Source of the DNA: Candidatus Bathyarchaeota archaeon
GTDB lineage: Archaea > Thermoproteota > Bathyarchaeia > Bathyarchaeales > Bathycorpusculaceae
Reading direction: 5' to 3'
DNA length: 64,000 nucleotides
Assembly: GCA_963828195.1 (NCBI GenBank)
Contig: CAWHDT010000007.1
Location: 160,001-224,000, forward strand
Below are positions 20,208 to 30,727 of the stretch, piece after piece. Both the position numbers and the translations under genes were made by a program. Each line of letters starts with the position of its first letter. The stretch's first letter is position 1. The notes under the pieces are model-generated. The model did no database searches and was not told the origin of the DNA. It worked only from the letters and a program-made list of their open reading frames with translations.

Positions 20208-21539
20208 TTATGCGTCTTTAGCGTCCATTATTGTGTTGACCAATGTATCCAGCAGTTGTAAGGAACCTCGGAAGCCAACCATGCTTCGTCTTTGGTAGCC
20301 GAATCGGTCGCTTTGCGGAAAGCCAACTCGAATAAGCGGTATGCCTTCGTCTTTGGAGATGTATTTGCCTTTACAATCGCCGATAATTAAGTCCACACGG
20401 GCTTCTTTGATTTTCTGATGTAGGTCATAGAGGTCGCCGCCAACGATTATATTCTGTTTCTCAGCGTCAACTCCGTACAATGTTGCTAGGGTCTGCATGT
20501 CTTGAGCAAACTGGCTGCCTTCAAGCGTTGTCATCACATGTACTGGCTGCATGCCAAGCTCGTAAACAAAACGGGTGATTCCTTGTACGATGTCGGGGTC
20601 GCCGAACACTGCGACTTTTGTGCCGAAGGTAATTTGGCTTGAATCAACTATGGCGTCAACTAGCAGGTCGCGTTCATCAATTAAAGATTCAGGCATGTTT
20701 TTCCCAGTCAGTGCGGTTAGGTTTGCAATGAAGGTTTCTGTGGATTCAACGCCGATTGGAAGATCCCCAAACTTGGCTGGCATGCTGTATTTTTCCTGCA
20801 GATAGTTTGCTGCGCCTTGCCCTTCATATTTGCAAAGTGGTATTGTTCCCTGCGAGTTTGAGCAGTCAGCAATTTCCTGGACTGTTGTTCCTCCACGGGG
20901 GAAATGTGGTTTAGGAAGACGCAGAGGTGCGTTGAGTGTTTGCGAGATATCGGTGAGGTATAGACCGGGGATGCCCATTTCTGCTAGGATATGTTTGATT
21001 TCTAAGACGTCGCCGGGGTTAAGCATGCCTGGAATAATGTTGACTTTGCCGTTGGGCTCTGTTTTTGGTTCAGCGAGCTGGGTGACGAGTGCTTTTATGG
21101 CATTGTCATATCCGATTACGTGGGTGCCGACGTAGCTGGGCGTGTGTATCCCAACTATTTTTGTGTGGCGCTCGTTGTTTTCGGATTTGAAGGCTTTAAT
21201 TATTCCGTGAATGTCATCGCCTGTTGTTTCGCTAAGGCAGGTGGTGATGACTGTGATTAATTCTGGGTGTTGACGGGCGATTATGTTGGATAATGCCAGT
21301 TTTAGGTTGATTGCGCCTCCAAAGATGGTTGCTTTCTCATGGAGAGAGGTGATGGCAACTTCTATGGGTTCGCGGAAGTGTCGGGACATCAAGTTGCGGG
21401 GATAGGTTGAGCAGCCCTGCGAGCCATGTATAAGCGGTACGCTACCATGAATGCCCAGAGTAGCCCAGATCGCACCGATAGGCTGGCACATACGTGGCGC
21501 GTTTATAGCGACACTTCTTTGTCTGTTAATTAGCACCAT
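20208..21539 (-). CDS. nifK: Nitrogenase component I beta subunit
   Basis: MCQPIGA, HGSQGC, TTCLSETTGDDI, TPSY; ATG at 21539. Confidence 0.88.
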   Translation of the reverse strand: MVLINRQRSVAINAPRMCQPIGAIWATLGIHGSVPLIHGSQGCSTYPRNLMSRHFREPIEVAITSLHEKATIFGGAINLKLALSNIIARQHPELITVITTCLSETTGDDIHGIIKAFKSENNERHTKIVGIHTPSYVGTHVIGYDNAIKALVTQLAEPKTEPNGKVNIIPGMLNPGDVLEIKHILAEMGIPGLYLTDISQTLNAPLRLPKPHFPRGGTTVQEIADCSNSQGTIPLCKYEGQGAANYLQEKYSMPAKFGDLPIGVESTETFIANLTALTGKNMPESLIDERDLLVDAIVDSSQITFGTKVAVFGDPDIVQGITRFVYELGMQPVHVMTTLEGSQFAQDMQTLATLYGVDAEKQNIIVGGDLYDLHQKIKEARVDLIIGDCKGKYISKDEGIPLIRVGFPQSDRFGYQRRSMVGFRGSLQLLDTLVNTIMDAKDA

Positions 21540-21541
21540 AG

Positions 21542-22918
21542 CTAATCTGCATCCCGTGTTCTGATAAACTTCCACGCGGGGCTATAGACTGACTTGTAAA
21601 TGTCTCTTGCAAATCGAACAAAGCCTTTGAAGACCATGTAGCCGCCTTTGCTTTCGTATGTGTGTCCGTTTAGGAAAGGCACGCCGTACTTGTAAGCTAA
21701 ATATTTTTCTTTGGTACCGGAGATGAACAGGTCTGGTTTGTATTTAACCATCATTTCTTCCAGTTCAGGCGCGTTTGGGTTATCAATAAGCAACGTTCCG
21801 TTTTTCACTCGGCTCACGATTTTTTCGTAGTCGTCTTCATGACCAAATGTGGTTGCGACAACGTTGACTTCCATGCCCAGTTCCTCCATAGCTCTAGGCC
21901 AATGCCAACTGCGCGGTCCGCCCTCGTAAATCATCACTTTTTTGCCCTGTAACTTTTCTCTGTAGACATCCATCTCCGATTTAATGTCTGCCATTTCTTT
22001 TGCAATAACTTCTTCGGCTTTTTGTTCTAAGCCAAAAAACTTCGCAACGATCCGCAAGTCATCAGCAGTCTGCCGCATGCCATAGAAGTCCACTTCAACA
22101 TAGGGTGTGCCGTACTTGTCCTTCATCATTTCAGCGATGTACTTGGCTGACCGTGCGCATCTTACAACGTTTAGTTTTGCATGATGCATTTTGGCTATGT
22201 CATGGATGGAAGAGTCACCCGTGAAAGTACACACTACCCGAAGCCCAATGGCTTCCAGCAGCGGCAGTATAAGCCAATCGTCCCCTCTGATGTTGTATTC
22301 TCCGACAAGGTTTATGTCATAAGGCGTCTTGTTCTGGAGTTCTTCTGTGCCTACGACCTTGTTAAACAGAACTTCGTTGCCGACGTGGTGCCCTAGACTT
22401 TGGCTTACGCCGTGAAAGCCTGGGCAGTTGAAAGCTACTACTGGTTTTCCTATGGCGGCGGTTGCACGTTTAGCGACTGCTTCTATGTCGTCACCGATTA
22501 GCCCGGCAACGCATGTTGCGTAAATGAATACTCCTTGTGCGTTTGGGAAAGCCTTGTTTGCTTCAAGTATGGATTCGTAGAGCTTTTTTTCTCCTCCAAA
22601 GACGATGTTTGATTCGCGCAGGTCAGTGGAGAAAACGTTGACCAGCTGGAAGTTTGTGTCTTTTGCAAGGTTTGGTCGTACGTCCCAGGGGTAATAGCAG
22701 CAGCCTATAGGGCCATGTTCCAGTTGAATAACGTCTTTTACAGGTCCACCCACGACACCTCTGCAGCCGGCATAAGTGCAGCCTCGCTCAGTCATGTCGC
22801 CTGGGATGGTTGCTACGTTGCAGGCTGGAATGTGGCATTCGTCTTTGTCATCTTTGATGTAAATGTGTTTTTTTCTGTCTGGGACATGCTTGTCGCATTC
22901 AGGTAAGATAAACGGTAT
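21542..22918 (-). CDS. nifD: Nitrogenase component I alpha subunit (apparent ATA start, ~458 aa)
   Basis: ERGC, [35 protein letters not shown], NGHTY; open frame extends 41 codons upstream of 22795. Confidence 0.88.
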   Translation of the reverse strand: [458 protein letters not shown]

Positions 22919-23818
22919 CTACTTCACCCCAGATTCGCTAGAGCGACCAAAGCCACTGAAATGTGTGCCGCAGGTTTCCTCGCTAGGCACCCCCATGGCG
23001 TCTGCTCTGCATTGGACGCAGTTGTGAAACTGGAATAGCATGCCTTCGCATAGGTGGCGGATTCTTTGAATTTCCTGCAGAGATGGAGCTGGAATATTGG
23101 CGAATTTTGCTTGGGGAATCAGGGGCATAATGTTCATTATGTAAGCGCCCATGTCACGTACGGTTCTGGCTACGTCAACCACATGTTCTGAGTTTATGCC
23201 GGGAATGAATACCGAGTTAACTTTGACGACTATGCCTGCGTCAGCGGCGGCTCGTAATCCGTCGAGTTGTTTTTTGCTAAGGACCTCGAACGCTTTTCTG
23301 CCCATGTACGTCTTGTTTTGGTAGCGAACGAAAGAGTAAATCTGCTCGCCTACCGTGGGGTCTAATGCGTTGATTGTTATTGTGAGGGCTGAAACGCCTA
23401 CCTCTTTTAGTTGGGCAAGTTTTTCTGGTAGCAGCAATCCGTTTGTTGAAACGCAACGGGTTAAATGTGGAAATTCCTTTTTCACTTGTCGAAGAGTATC
23501 AAATGTAACGTCACTGCTAAGGGGGTCGCCTGGGCCAGCAATGCCTACGACACGCAGTCGCGGGTCTTTTTGCACTGCAAACCGCACTCGCTCCATCGCT
23601 TCTTCAGCCGTTATCACTTTGCTTGTAACGCCGGGACGGTTCTCGTTGGCACAGTCGTATTTACGAACACAATAGTTGCAGCCTATGTTACATGTTGATA
23701 CGACGGGAAGATGTACTCTGCCAAACTTGAAATGCGCTCCCGAACCGTAACAAGGATGCTCCTGCACTAGCTGAGAGCAAATCTTTTTGCGTATCTCAGA
23801 TTTTTCATAGCTAACCAT
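22919..23818 (-). CDS. nifB: NifB radical SAM (no NifX domain)
   Basis: HPCY, CNIGCNYC, ENRPG, AGPGDPL, CVQCRADA. Confidence 0.93.
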   Translation of the reverse strand: MVSYEKSEIRKKICSQLVQEHPCYGSGAHFKFGRVHLPVVSTCNIGCNYCVRKYDCANENRPGVTSKVITAEEAMERVRFAVQKDPRLRVVGIAGPGDPLSSDVTFDTLRQVKKEFPHLTRCVSTNGLLLPEKLAQLKEVGVSALTITINALDPTVGEQIYSFVRYQNKTYMGRKAFEVLSKKQLDGLRAAADAGIVVKVNSVFIPGINSEHVVDVARTVRDMGAYIMNIMPLIPQAKFANIPAPSLQEIQRIRHLCEGMLFQFHNCVQCRADAMGVPSEETCGTHFSGFGRSSESGVK

Positions 23819-23828
23819 CTTTTGTCAC

Positions 23829-24659
<831 letters not shown>

Positions 24660-24753
24660 CTATCCATTTTCTTTAAGCGAAAGTTACTTCTATTTTTTTC
24701 AAATTTCTTTCACCTTGATTTTTTTCTACGTTCTTATCCATGTTTCCAAGCAA

Positions 24754-24778
24754 TTTAAAGGTAGTTGTGATTTGTTCA
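24754..24778 (-). promoter_or_regulatory. nifH promoter: conserved upstream motif + TATA
   Basis: Minus strand TGAACAAATCACAACTACCTTTAAA. Confidence 0.75.
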
Positions 24779-25027
24779 GCAAACTTCTGAGTAAGTAACC
24801 AAATATCACAATTACTTTTAGATGTATCGACAATTGTCTTAGTATTTTTATTTTACTTAGACAGTTGTTGTCACCAAAATATCGTTAAAAATAATTCCGC
24901 TGACGATTATCTGCTTAATGTAAGCTAAGGAAATGCGTGTTTATCAAAAAATGAAAAAGTGTAACCGACTCACATTTTCTAGGTTGGCTGAGTGCAAATG
25001 TTTATCTTTGATAAATTTCCCTTTAAT

Positions 25028-25525
25028 TCAGCTTTTACCCCATCTTAAAAGGTATTCCTCAAGAAAAATCATTATAAATTTTTTAGTCAATTCCGATCTT
25101 AAGATCAAGGTAAAATTGTTTTCAGAGATTTTGATTACCTTAAAGAAATTACATACTTCTAGCCTTTTTAATAAGTTTTCAACAGTTACTACCTGGTTCT
25201 TAAGCTGTTCACCATTAGAACGAGCAATTCCTCTATTGCTTCGTCCAGAATATTTCCTGGTTTGCGAAGACTCAATAAAGTCAAGAAATAGAAACCAGTT
25301 TTCTATATCCATTAAAACGTGTTCTCCGTTCAAAAGCAAATCCATGCATGTTGCTACTTTTTCTTTCGGGAATGCTCTGTTTTCATTGTAAGAATTTAGC
25401 GTTCGTCTTATGATTTCACTGTCCGACAGATTTTCTTGTGCAGTGATTTTTTCAAGGAACTTTATCGTCGATTCGCCCAAGGGTGCAGTTATCCTTTTTT
25501 GTTTTTTCAATGCGATCGCCAACAA
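25028..25525 (-). CDS. Ribbon-helix-helix (CopG-like) regulator with C-terminal ligand-binding domain
   Basis: KRITAPL..LSDSEIIRRTL. Confidence 0.7.
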   Translation of the reverse strand: MLAIALKKQKRITAPLGESTIKFLEKITAQENLSDSEIIRRTLNSYNENRAFPKEKVATCMDLLLNGEHVLMDIENWFLFLDFIESSQTRKYSGRSNRGIARSNGEQLKNQVVTVENLLKRLEVCNFFKVIKISENNFTLILRSELTKKFIMIFLEEYLLRWGKS

Positions 25526-25547
25526 CGTTATTTTTCTTTCTCCTCGT

Positions 25548-26006
25548 TTATGCTACACAAAGTGAAGTAGTGTCTTCTTTTATTACTTCAAGGGCTACAC
25601 CAGGAATGATTCTGCGAATGCCATTGATTTTTTGCAACTGCTTTACAAAGGAGGCTAATTCCGAGTTCTCTTTGAATTTTGCCGTTATGACGACATCAAA
25701 ATCTCCTGTTATTTGGTAAACTGATAGGACATTGGTCATCGTTGAAATTGAATTTTTAATAAATTCAACGCGTCCACCAGTTTGAATAAGGATTACTGCG
25801 GTCTGCGTAAAGCCCAACTTTGCAGGATCCAGAACAATGGTGTACTTCTTTAAGATGCCCTGTTTTTGTAAATCTGCCACTCGGTTTATCACAGTGCCTG
25901 GGGCTTTGTTAAGTTTTGTTGAGATCTCGCGGAGGCTTACCCGACTATTTTCTCTTAACATATTTAAGATTTGGATATCTAGCTTATCGATTACTCCTTT
26001 CTTCAG
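25548..26006 (-). CDS. Lrp/AsnC family regulator (likely CTG start)
   Basis: IDKLDIQILNMLRENSRVSLREI, YQITGDFD; in-frame TGA just upstream of CTG at 26006. Confidence 0.88.
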   Translation of the reverse strand: MKKGVIDKLDIQILNMLRENSRVSLREISTKLNKAPGTVINRVADLQKQGILKKYTIVLDPAKLGFTQTAVILIQTGGRVEFIKNSISTMTNVLSVYQITGDFDVVITAKFKENSELASFVKQLQKINGIRRIIPGVALEVIKEDTTSLCVA

Positions 26007-26203
26007 GGCTTGTCACTTCGCTTAATAAATTGTCTTTTTTCTGACTTTTCGTTTCTATTCTTACTATACTTCAATAAATTTACGTCATCCATCATAAACA
26101 AAGATTTTCCAAATCCATAATTGAAATACCTTTTACGCCAAACATTCGTTTAATTTCACTCTCCAAATTGTTACGCTACATACGGCTTTTATACAAGAAA
26201 TGA

Positions 26204-26229
26204 AATATAAACGTAGTTATGATTTGTTC
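26204..26229 (-). promoter_or_regulatory. Lrp-operon promoter with shared motif
   Basis: Minus strand TGAACAAATCATAACTACGTTTATAT. Confidence 0.7.
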
Positions 26230-26308
26230 AGAAACATTCAGAAAATAGCATATTTGTCTTGCATATCTAATTATTATTGAGCATACGTCTTAATTTTATG
26301 AAATTATA

Positions 26309-26333
26309 TGAACAAATCACAACCACCTTTAAA
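26309..26333 (+). promoter_or_regulatory. Rightward promoter with shared motif
   Basis: TGAACAAATCACAACCACCTTTAAA, 24/25 identical to the nifH copy. Confidence 0.75.
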
Positions 26334-26365
26334 TCCTCTCTCAAGCATTTAACTATTAAGAAAAG

Positions 26366-26542
26366 ATGAGTGAGGCGGAAAAATTGGAAACAAAAGAACT
26401 TTGGTGCACATTACCAATAAAAAATAAGACACGCTCAAATCTGAACAGAAGACAGAAATGCCCCGCTTTTTCAGAATTCGCAAGAAGTATTTTATCTAAA
26501 AGTGTTGTTGACGCGGAATTTTGGTACTTCACTCACATATAA
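26366..26542 (+). CDS. Small hypothetical protein (58 aa)
   Basis: MSEAEKLETKELWCTLP...FWYFTHI; ~33 bp downstream of the motif-TATA. Confidence 0.45.
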   Translation: MSEAEKLETKELWCTLPIKNKTRSNLNRRQKCPAFSEFARSILSKSVVDAEFWYFTHI

Positions 26543-27069
26543 AAAAAATTAGAGGTGAAAAACGAAGAGTTCGATAGAAGAAGAGGGCAAAAAGCCTTAC
26601 AATCAACAAGGATATTTAAACAAGAACGCCCATTTTTTTTCTCTATTTTAATCAAGGCACAAAAGCTCTTGGTTTAACATTTTGACAACGTCAACTCCAA
26701 TTAAACCATAGCAAGGTCCAGCGCCAGAAGATATTTACTTTGAAATCAGATTAGCTAATTAGCTAAAATTTGCTCCGATTTCGCTTGGATTCAGCACAGC
26801 CGGGGAAAAATTCCGGCTTTGAATACCTGAAATCTAAACTCGGCCAAGTTTGTCCCATGTAGGTAAGTGCTTTCCATAATTGAGTTGCGTTAGTCAATTA
26901 CGCTCTTTTGTTTATCCAATCTCTCAGAGTGAACCTACCCTAACAACAGTTAGCGAATGCAATAATGCAAAAAATTCAGTTCCTAAAGATAGCTTTTCTC
27001 AGGTTTAGATTTTCAGGTTTCCTTGAAGAAATTATAAGTTTTATTAAGAATGAGCATAACTGCATTTGT

Positions 27070-27933
27070 GTGCAAGCGACGAAGTATTATGCGTTGGCGT
27101 TAACGACCAGTTACTGGAAACCAGGCGACGGCTACATCGACAAAATAGTCGGGGCTTTAGAGGGCAAAATTGAAGACGGCGATTTCGTCGTGGTGTCGGA
27201 AAAAGCCATTTCAACCGCAACAGGCAACATGGTAGACGAGGGCACCGTAAAACCCAGCTTAAACGCGAGGGTTATGGCTGGTTTCTGGATGCGTCTTGCT
27301 TGGGGGTACCCGCTCGGGTTTTTATGCGGCTTTGGCATGCGGCTCTTGCGGAGGCTGAGAAGTTACCCTTTGGAGTCAGGGAGCCGCCACAAGCAAGTAG
27401 CGCTTCAGTATGCGGGTTTTTGGCAGGCGTTGATGTTTGGGTCTGAAGGAGGAATCGACGGCTCCAATCTGCCTTACGCCTACGTCAGCTTGCCGTTGAG
27501 TGATCCAGGTGAAGCGGCGCGGAAAATTCGTGAACACGTATTTGCTGAGTTGAAAAGAAATGTCTGCGTTATAGTTGCTGACACAGATAAAACCTACAAG
27601 TTCAGGAATTTCTTTTTTACTCCCAGACCAAACCCGATGCAGGGCATACATTCCTTCGGCGGAGTTGCCTCTTACGCCGCTGGGAGAATGCTGAAGCTCA
27701 AAAAAAGCTCAACGCCTCTTGCTGTTTCGGGCTGCAGTCTGGGGGCGGGTGAAGCCTTAAAAGTCACCAACATAGCTGACAAAGCCCGTGGGCCGGGTTC
27801 AGGCGCGACGGTTTGGGATATGGCGGCGAGGTTTCATGTGGAGGTTAACGGCGTAAGCTGGGAGATGCTGTCTAAAATCAGGCATAAGCCACTGGTTATT
27901 GTTAGAAAAAAACGGGTTAAGCTCAATACATAA
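27070..27933 (+). CDS. CofE-like F420:gamma-glutamyl ligase family
   Basis: DFVVVSEKAIS, GGIDGSN, VIVADTD. Confidence 0.75.
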   Translation: MQATKYYALALTTSYWKPGDGYIDKIVGALEGKIEDGDFVVVSEKAISTATGNMVDEGTVKPSLNARVMAGFWMRLAWGYPLGFLCGFGMRLLRRLRSYPLESGSRHKQVALQYAGFWQALMFGSEGGIDGSNLPYAYVSLPLSDPGEAARKIREHVFAELKRNVCVIVADTDKTYKFRNFFFTPRPNPMQGIHSFGGVASYAAGRMLKLKKSSTPLAVSGCSLGAGEALKVTNIADKARGPGSGATVWDMAARFHVEVNGVSWEMLSKIRHKPLVIVRKKRVKLNT

Positions 27934-28030
27934 GAAACAAATAATCATCTGAATGTAAAAGAACTTTTTTGGATAGTAACACATAAAAACCAGCCTTCGA
28001 AGGCAGAATATCGGAACAGGTGAATTAGGT

Positions 28031-29533
28031 ATGGAAGAAGCATTACAGAAGTTAGACGCATTCTTTAATCCTCATTCAGTTGCAATAATCGGCGCCACAA
28101 AGAAAATGGATAAAGCAGGCCACGTGATTTTCAAAAATTTTTCAACCAACAAACTGCGTGGAGTCTACAAGGGAGAACTCTACCCTGTTAACCCGAACGA
28201 AGATTCAATTTTAGGTTTCAAATGCTACAAAACCTTAACTGACGTTCCCGGCGACGTAGATTTGATAGTTATTATTATTCCGGCGGTAGCGGTTCCAGGC
28301 GTGATGGAGGAGGCAGCGGCTAAAAACGTCAAAGCCTGCATCATAATCACCGCGGGCTTCAAAGAAGTTGGAAACGTGGAGCTTGAAGAGAAAGTGGTCG
28401 CCATCGCCAAAAAAGGCGGAATACGCGTGCTGGGACCCAACTGCCTCGGCGTTTACTACTCAAAAACGGGTATCGACAGCCTTTTTCTTCCCGAAACCAA
28501 AACTCTCACCACCGGAGACGAAGTTGTTGCGACGCCACGGCCATTAGCAGGCAACATCGCGATGATTACGCAGAGCGGCGCCTTCGGATCAGCAGCCCTT
28601 GACTTCTTAACTGGGCGGCAGATGGGCGTTAGCAAATTCGTGAGTTTCGGCAACAAATGCGACGTAAACGAATCAGACATACTGGCCTACCTGCTTCAGG
28701 ACGAAGAAACCCACGTGACACTTATGTATCTGGAAGACGTCAAAGACGGCAGGGAATTTTTGGAAATCGCCAAGAAAATCACTTTGAAAAAACCCGTCGT
28801 CGTCATAAAAACGGGAAGAAGCGCCGCGGGTGCACGCGCAGCAGCCTCGCACACGGGCGCCATCGCTGGGTCAGACAAAATTTACGACGCCGCCTTCGAG
28901 CAGGGCGGAGTGATTAGGGCGCGGGACATGGATGAATTCTTCGACATTGGAAAAGCCCTTGCCATGCAGCCTCCAGCCGTCGGCAGAAACATCGGAATCC
29001 TCACCGACGCAGGCGGACCCGGCGTCATGACAGTGGACGAATGCGAATTCCTCGGGTTAACCGTCAACAAGTTTACGCCTGACATACTGGCGGAGTTCCA
29101 GCAGCTCAAAGACACGAATCAAATCCTAAAAATCTCGGCGACATCAAACCCCGTTGACCTCACCGGCTCAGTGACCGATGACCAGTTCGTGATTTCGGCG
29201 GACCTTATGTTTCGAGACCCAGAAATCAACGGCATCATATTGCTTGGGCTCCATCACATGCCTGGGCTACGTGAAAAATACATTGACGGCATCGTGTTGA
29301 TCGCCTCAAGGTACAGCAAACCCATAGTTATGTGCGACATCGGCGAAACAGAAATGGCGCTCTACACCCGCTCAAGATTCGACCGGCTCAACGTTCCAGC
29401 GTATCCTTCGCCTGAAGCTGCCGCCCGAGCGATGAAGGGGCTAGTGACCTACGGCGAATACCTCACCAAGTACGGCGCTGCAGACGAACGCATCGCATTC
29501 GTAAAAAAGAGTGGCAACGCAGTCACAAAGTAA
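28031..29533 (+). CDS. acdA: Acetate-CoA ligase (ADP-forming) alpha subunit
   Basis: SVAIIGA, LGPNCLG, TQSGA, ASHTGAIAG, NPVDL. Confidence 0.9.
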   Translation: MEEALQKLDAFFNPHSVAIIGATKKMDKAGHVIFKNFSTNKLRGVYKGELYPVNPNEDSILGFKCYKTLTDVPGDVDLIVIIIPAVAVPGVMEEAAAKNVKACIIITAGFKEVGNVELEEKVVAIAKKGGIRVLGPNCLGVYYSKTGIDSLFLPETKTLTTGDEVVATPRPLAGNIAMITQSGAFGSAALDFLTGRQMGVSKFVSFGNKCDVNESDILAYLLQDEETHVTLMYLEDVKDGREFLEIAKKITLKKPVVVIKTGRSAAGARAAASHTGAIAGSDKIYDAAFEQGGVIRARDMDEFFDIGKALAMQPPAVGRNIGILTDAGGPGVMTVDECEFLGLTVNKFTPDILAEFQQLKDTNQILKISATSNPVDLTGSVTDDQFVISADLMFRDPEINGIILLGLHHMPGLREKYIDGIVLIASRYSKPIVMCDIGETEMALYTRSRFDRLNVPAYPSPEAAARAMKGLVTYGEYLTKYGAADERIAFVKKSGNAVTK

Positions 29534-29909
29534 CCGTGACTCCGACTTCGCTGCCGTCCGCCAGTTTGAGGCGTTCCCGCAAATTCCACGGGGCAACAAC
29601 CTCCAACTCATCTTTTGGGTAACCTGGCACCTCGGGAGAAACCACCCCGCAAACCAACCCGCCTATCCTGGCTTTGATTAAGGTTCCAGTGCAGTAGCCT
29701 GCCTCTGGTTTTATCTCGAATTTCTCGGCGTCTTCAAGCTTATCTTTCTGCAGAACGCCGTCTTTTGTTAGACGGATGTTTAGGGTTCCAAGATACGGGG
29801 TGAACCCGAGTTTTTCCTCTATTCGCCGTTTAACCCAGGGCAAAGCAACAAATTTTTTGCCTTCCCCGCTGCCAGAAAAAACTGTGCCGTAGAGTGCTAT
29901 TTCACCCAA
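29523..29909 (-). CDS. ribK: CTP-dependent riboflavin kinase
   Basis: GTVFSGSGEG, GFTPYLGTLN, LRERLKL.DG. Confidence 0.9.
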   Translation of the reverse strand: MGEIALYGTVFSGSGEGKKFVALPWVKRRIEEKLGFTPYLGTLNIRLTKDGVLQKDKLEDAEKFEIKPEAGYCTGTLIKARIGGLVCGVVSPEVPGYPKDELEVVAPWNLRERLKLADGSEVGVTVTL

Positions 29910-29928
29910 AAAGCGTCCTTCAGGCAGC

Positions 29929-30309
29929 TCAGGGTTTTTGTTCTTTTAGCCACTGAGCAACTTTTTTGAGGACAGGATCAGACGTTATGTCAACGACGGG
30001 CACAATCATTTTTTCTTTAGTTTCAATCACCGGCGCATACTTCGGCATCAACGCATAGCCCACAAAACTCCAAAAAACTTTCCCGTTCTCCAACAGCTCC
30101 TTCGCAACTATGGCGGTTGAAGCGGGAAGCGGAAAATACAGGAAAACAACCCCGTCAACCCAGTAAAGCCCCGCCAGCTTGCCCCCTGCCAAAACAGAGG
30201 TGAACCGGGCTATTTCCTCAGGCGAGGTGAAATAGTTTTTTTCCATAACGACAATTTCTTTAAAGGGAGAATACGTGATGTTGACTTCGGGTTTACTCAT
30301 GCCTTTCAC
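29929..30309 (-). CDS. Conserved archaeal hypothetical protein
   Basis: LYWVDGVVF motif; operonic with ribK. Confidence 0.7.
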   Translation of the reverse strand: MKGMSKPEVNITYSPFKEIVVMEKNYFTSPEEIARFTSVLAGGKLAGLYWVDGVVFLYFPLPASTAIVAKELLENGKVFWSFVGYALMPKYAPVIETKEKMIVPVVDITSDPVLKKVAQWLKEQKP

Positions 30310-30457
30310 TTCAACAAGTTAGCTAGGGGTTTGCTGCCCTTTTAATCTTGCCGTAAAACCTGTTGCGAGAACCTGAGATGGGTGCTACTTTGGGGAATTG
30401 GGTTTCAAGCAAGTTTAATATTACTGGTTCCGACGGTATTACTTAGAGTTTGTTCGT

Positions 30458-30727
30458 ATGGATCAAGTTGTCTCGGTCACCAAGAAAGGGCAAGTCACAA
30501 TACCTAAGAGGCTCAGAGACAAGTACGGCATCAAAGACAAGGTCATCTTCGAAGAAAACGAATGCGGAATCGTCCTAAAACCAGTGCCTACCCCAGCCGA
30601 CTTAATGGGTTCATTCAAAGCGTACGCCAAAGGCAAGACAGCCCGCCAACTGCTAGAAGAAGCCCGGAAAGAAGAATTCGCCAAAGAAAAAGAACAGATG
30701 AAACATGCCAGAACTTCTAACATTTGA
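30458..30727 (+). CDS. AbrB/MazE family antitoxin
   Basis: VTKKGQVTIPKRLRDKYGI. Confidence 0.9.
   Translation: MDQVVSVTKKGQVTIPKRLRDKYGIKDKVIFEENECGIVLKPVPTPADLMGSFKAYAKGKTARQLLEEARKEEFAKEKEQMKHARTSNI

Noticed and set aside
20208-22918. Interpreting the D/K pair as NifEN, CfbD or DPOR
   Set aside because: His442, His195 and Gln191 equivalents and all six P-cluster Cys are present; two distinct subunits plus NifB
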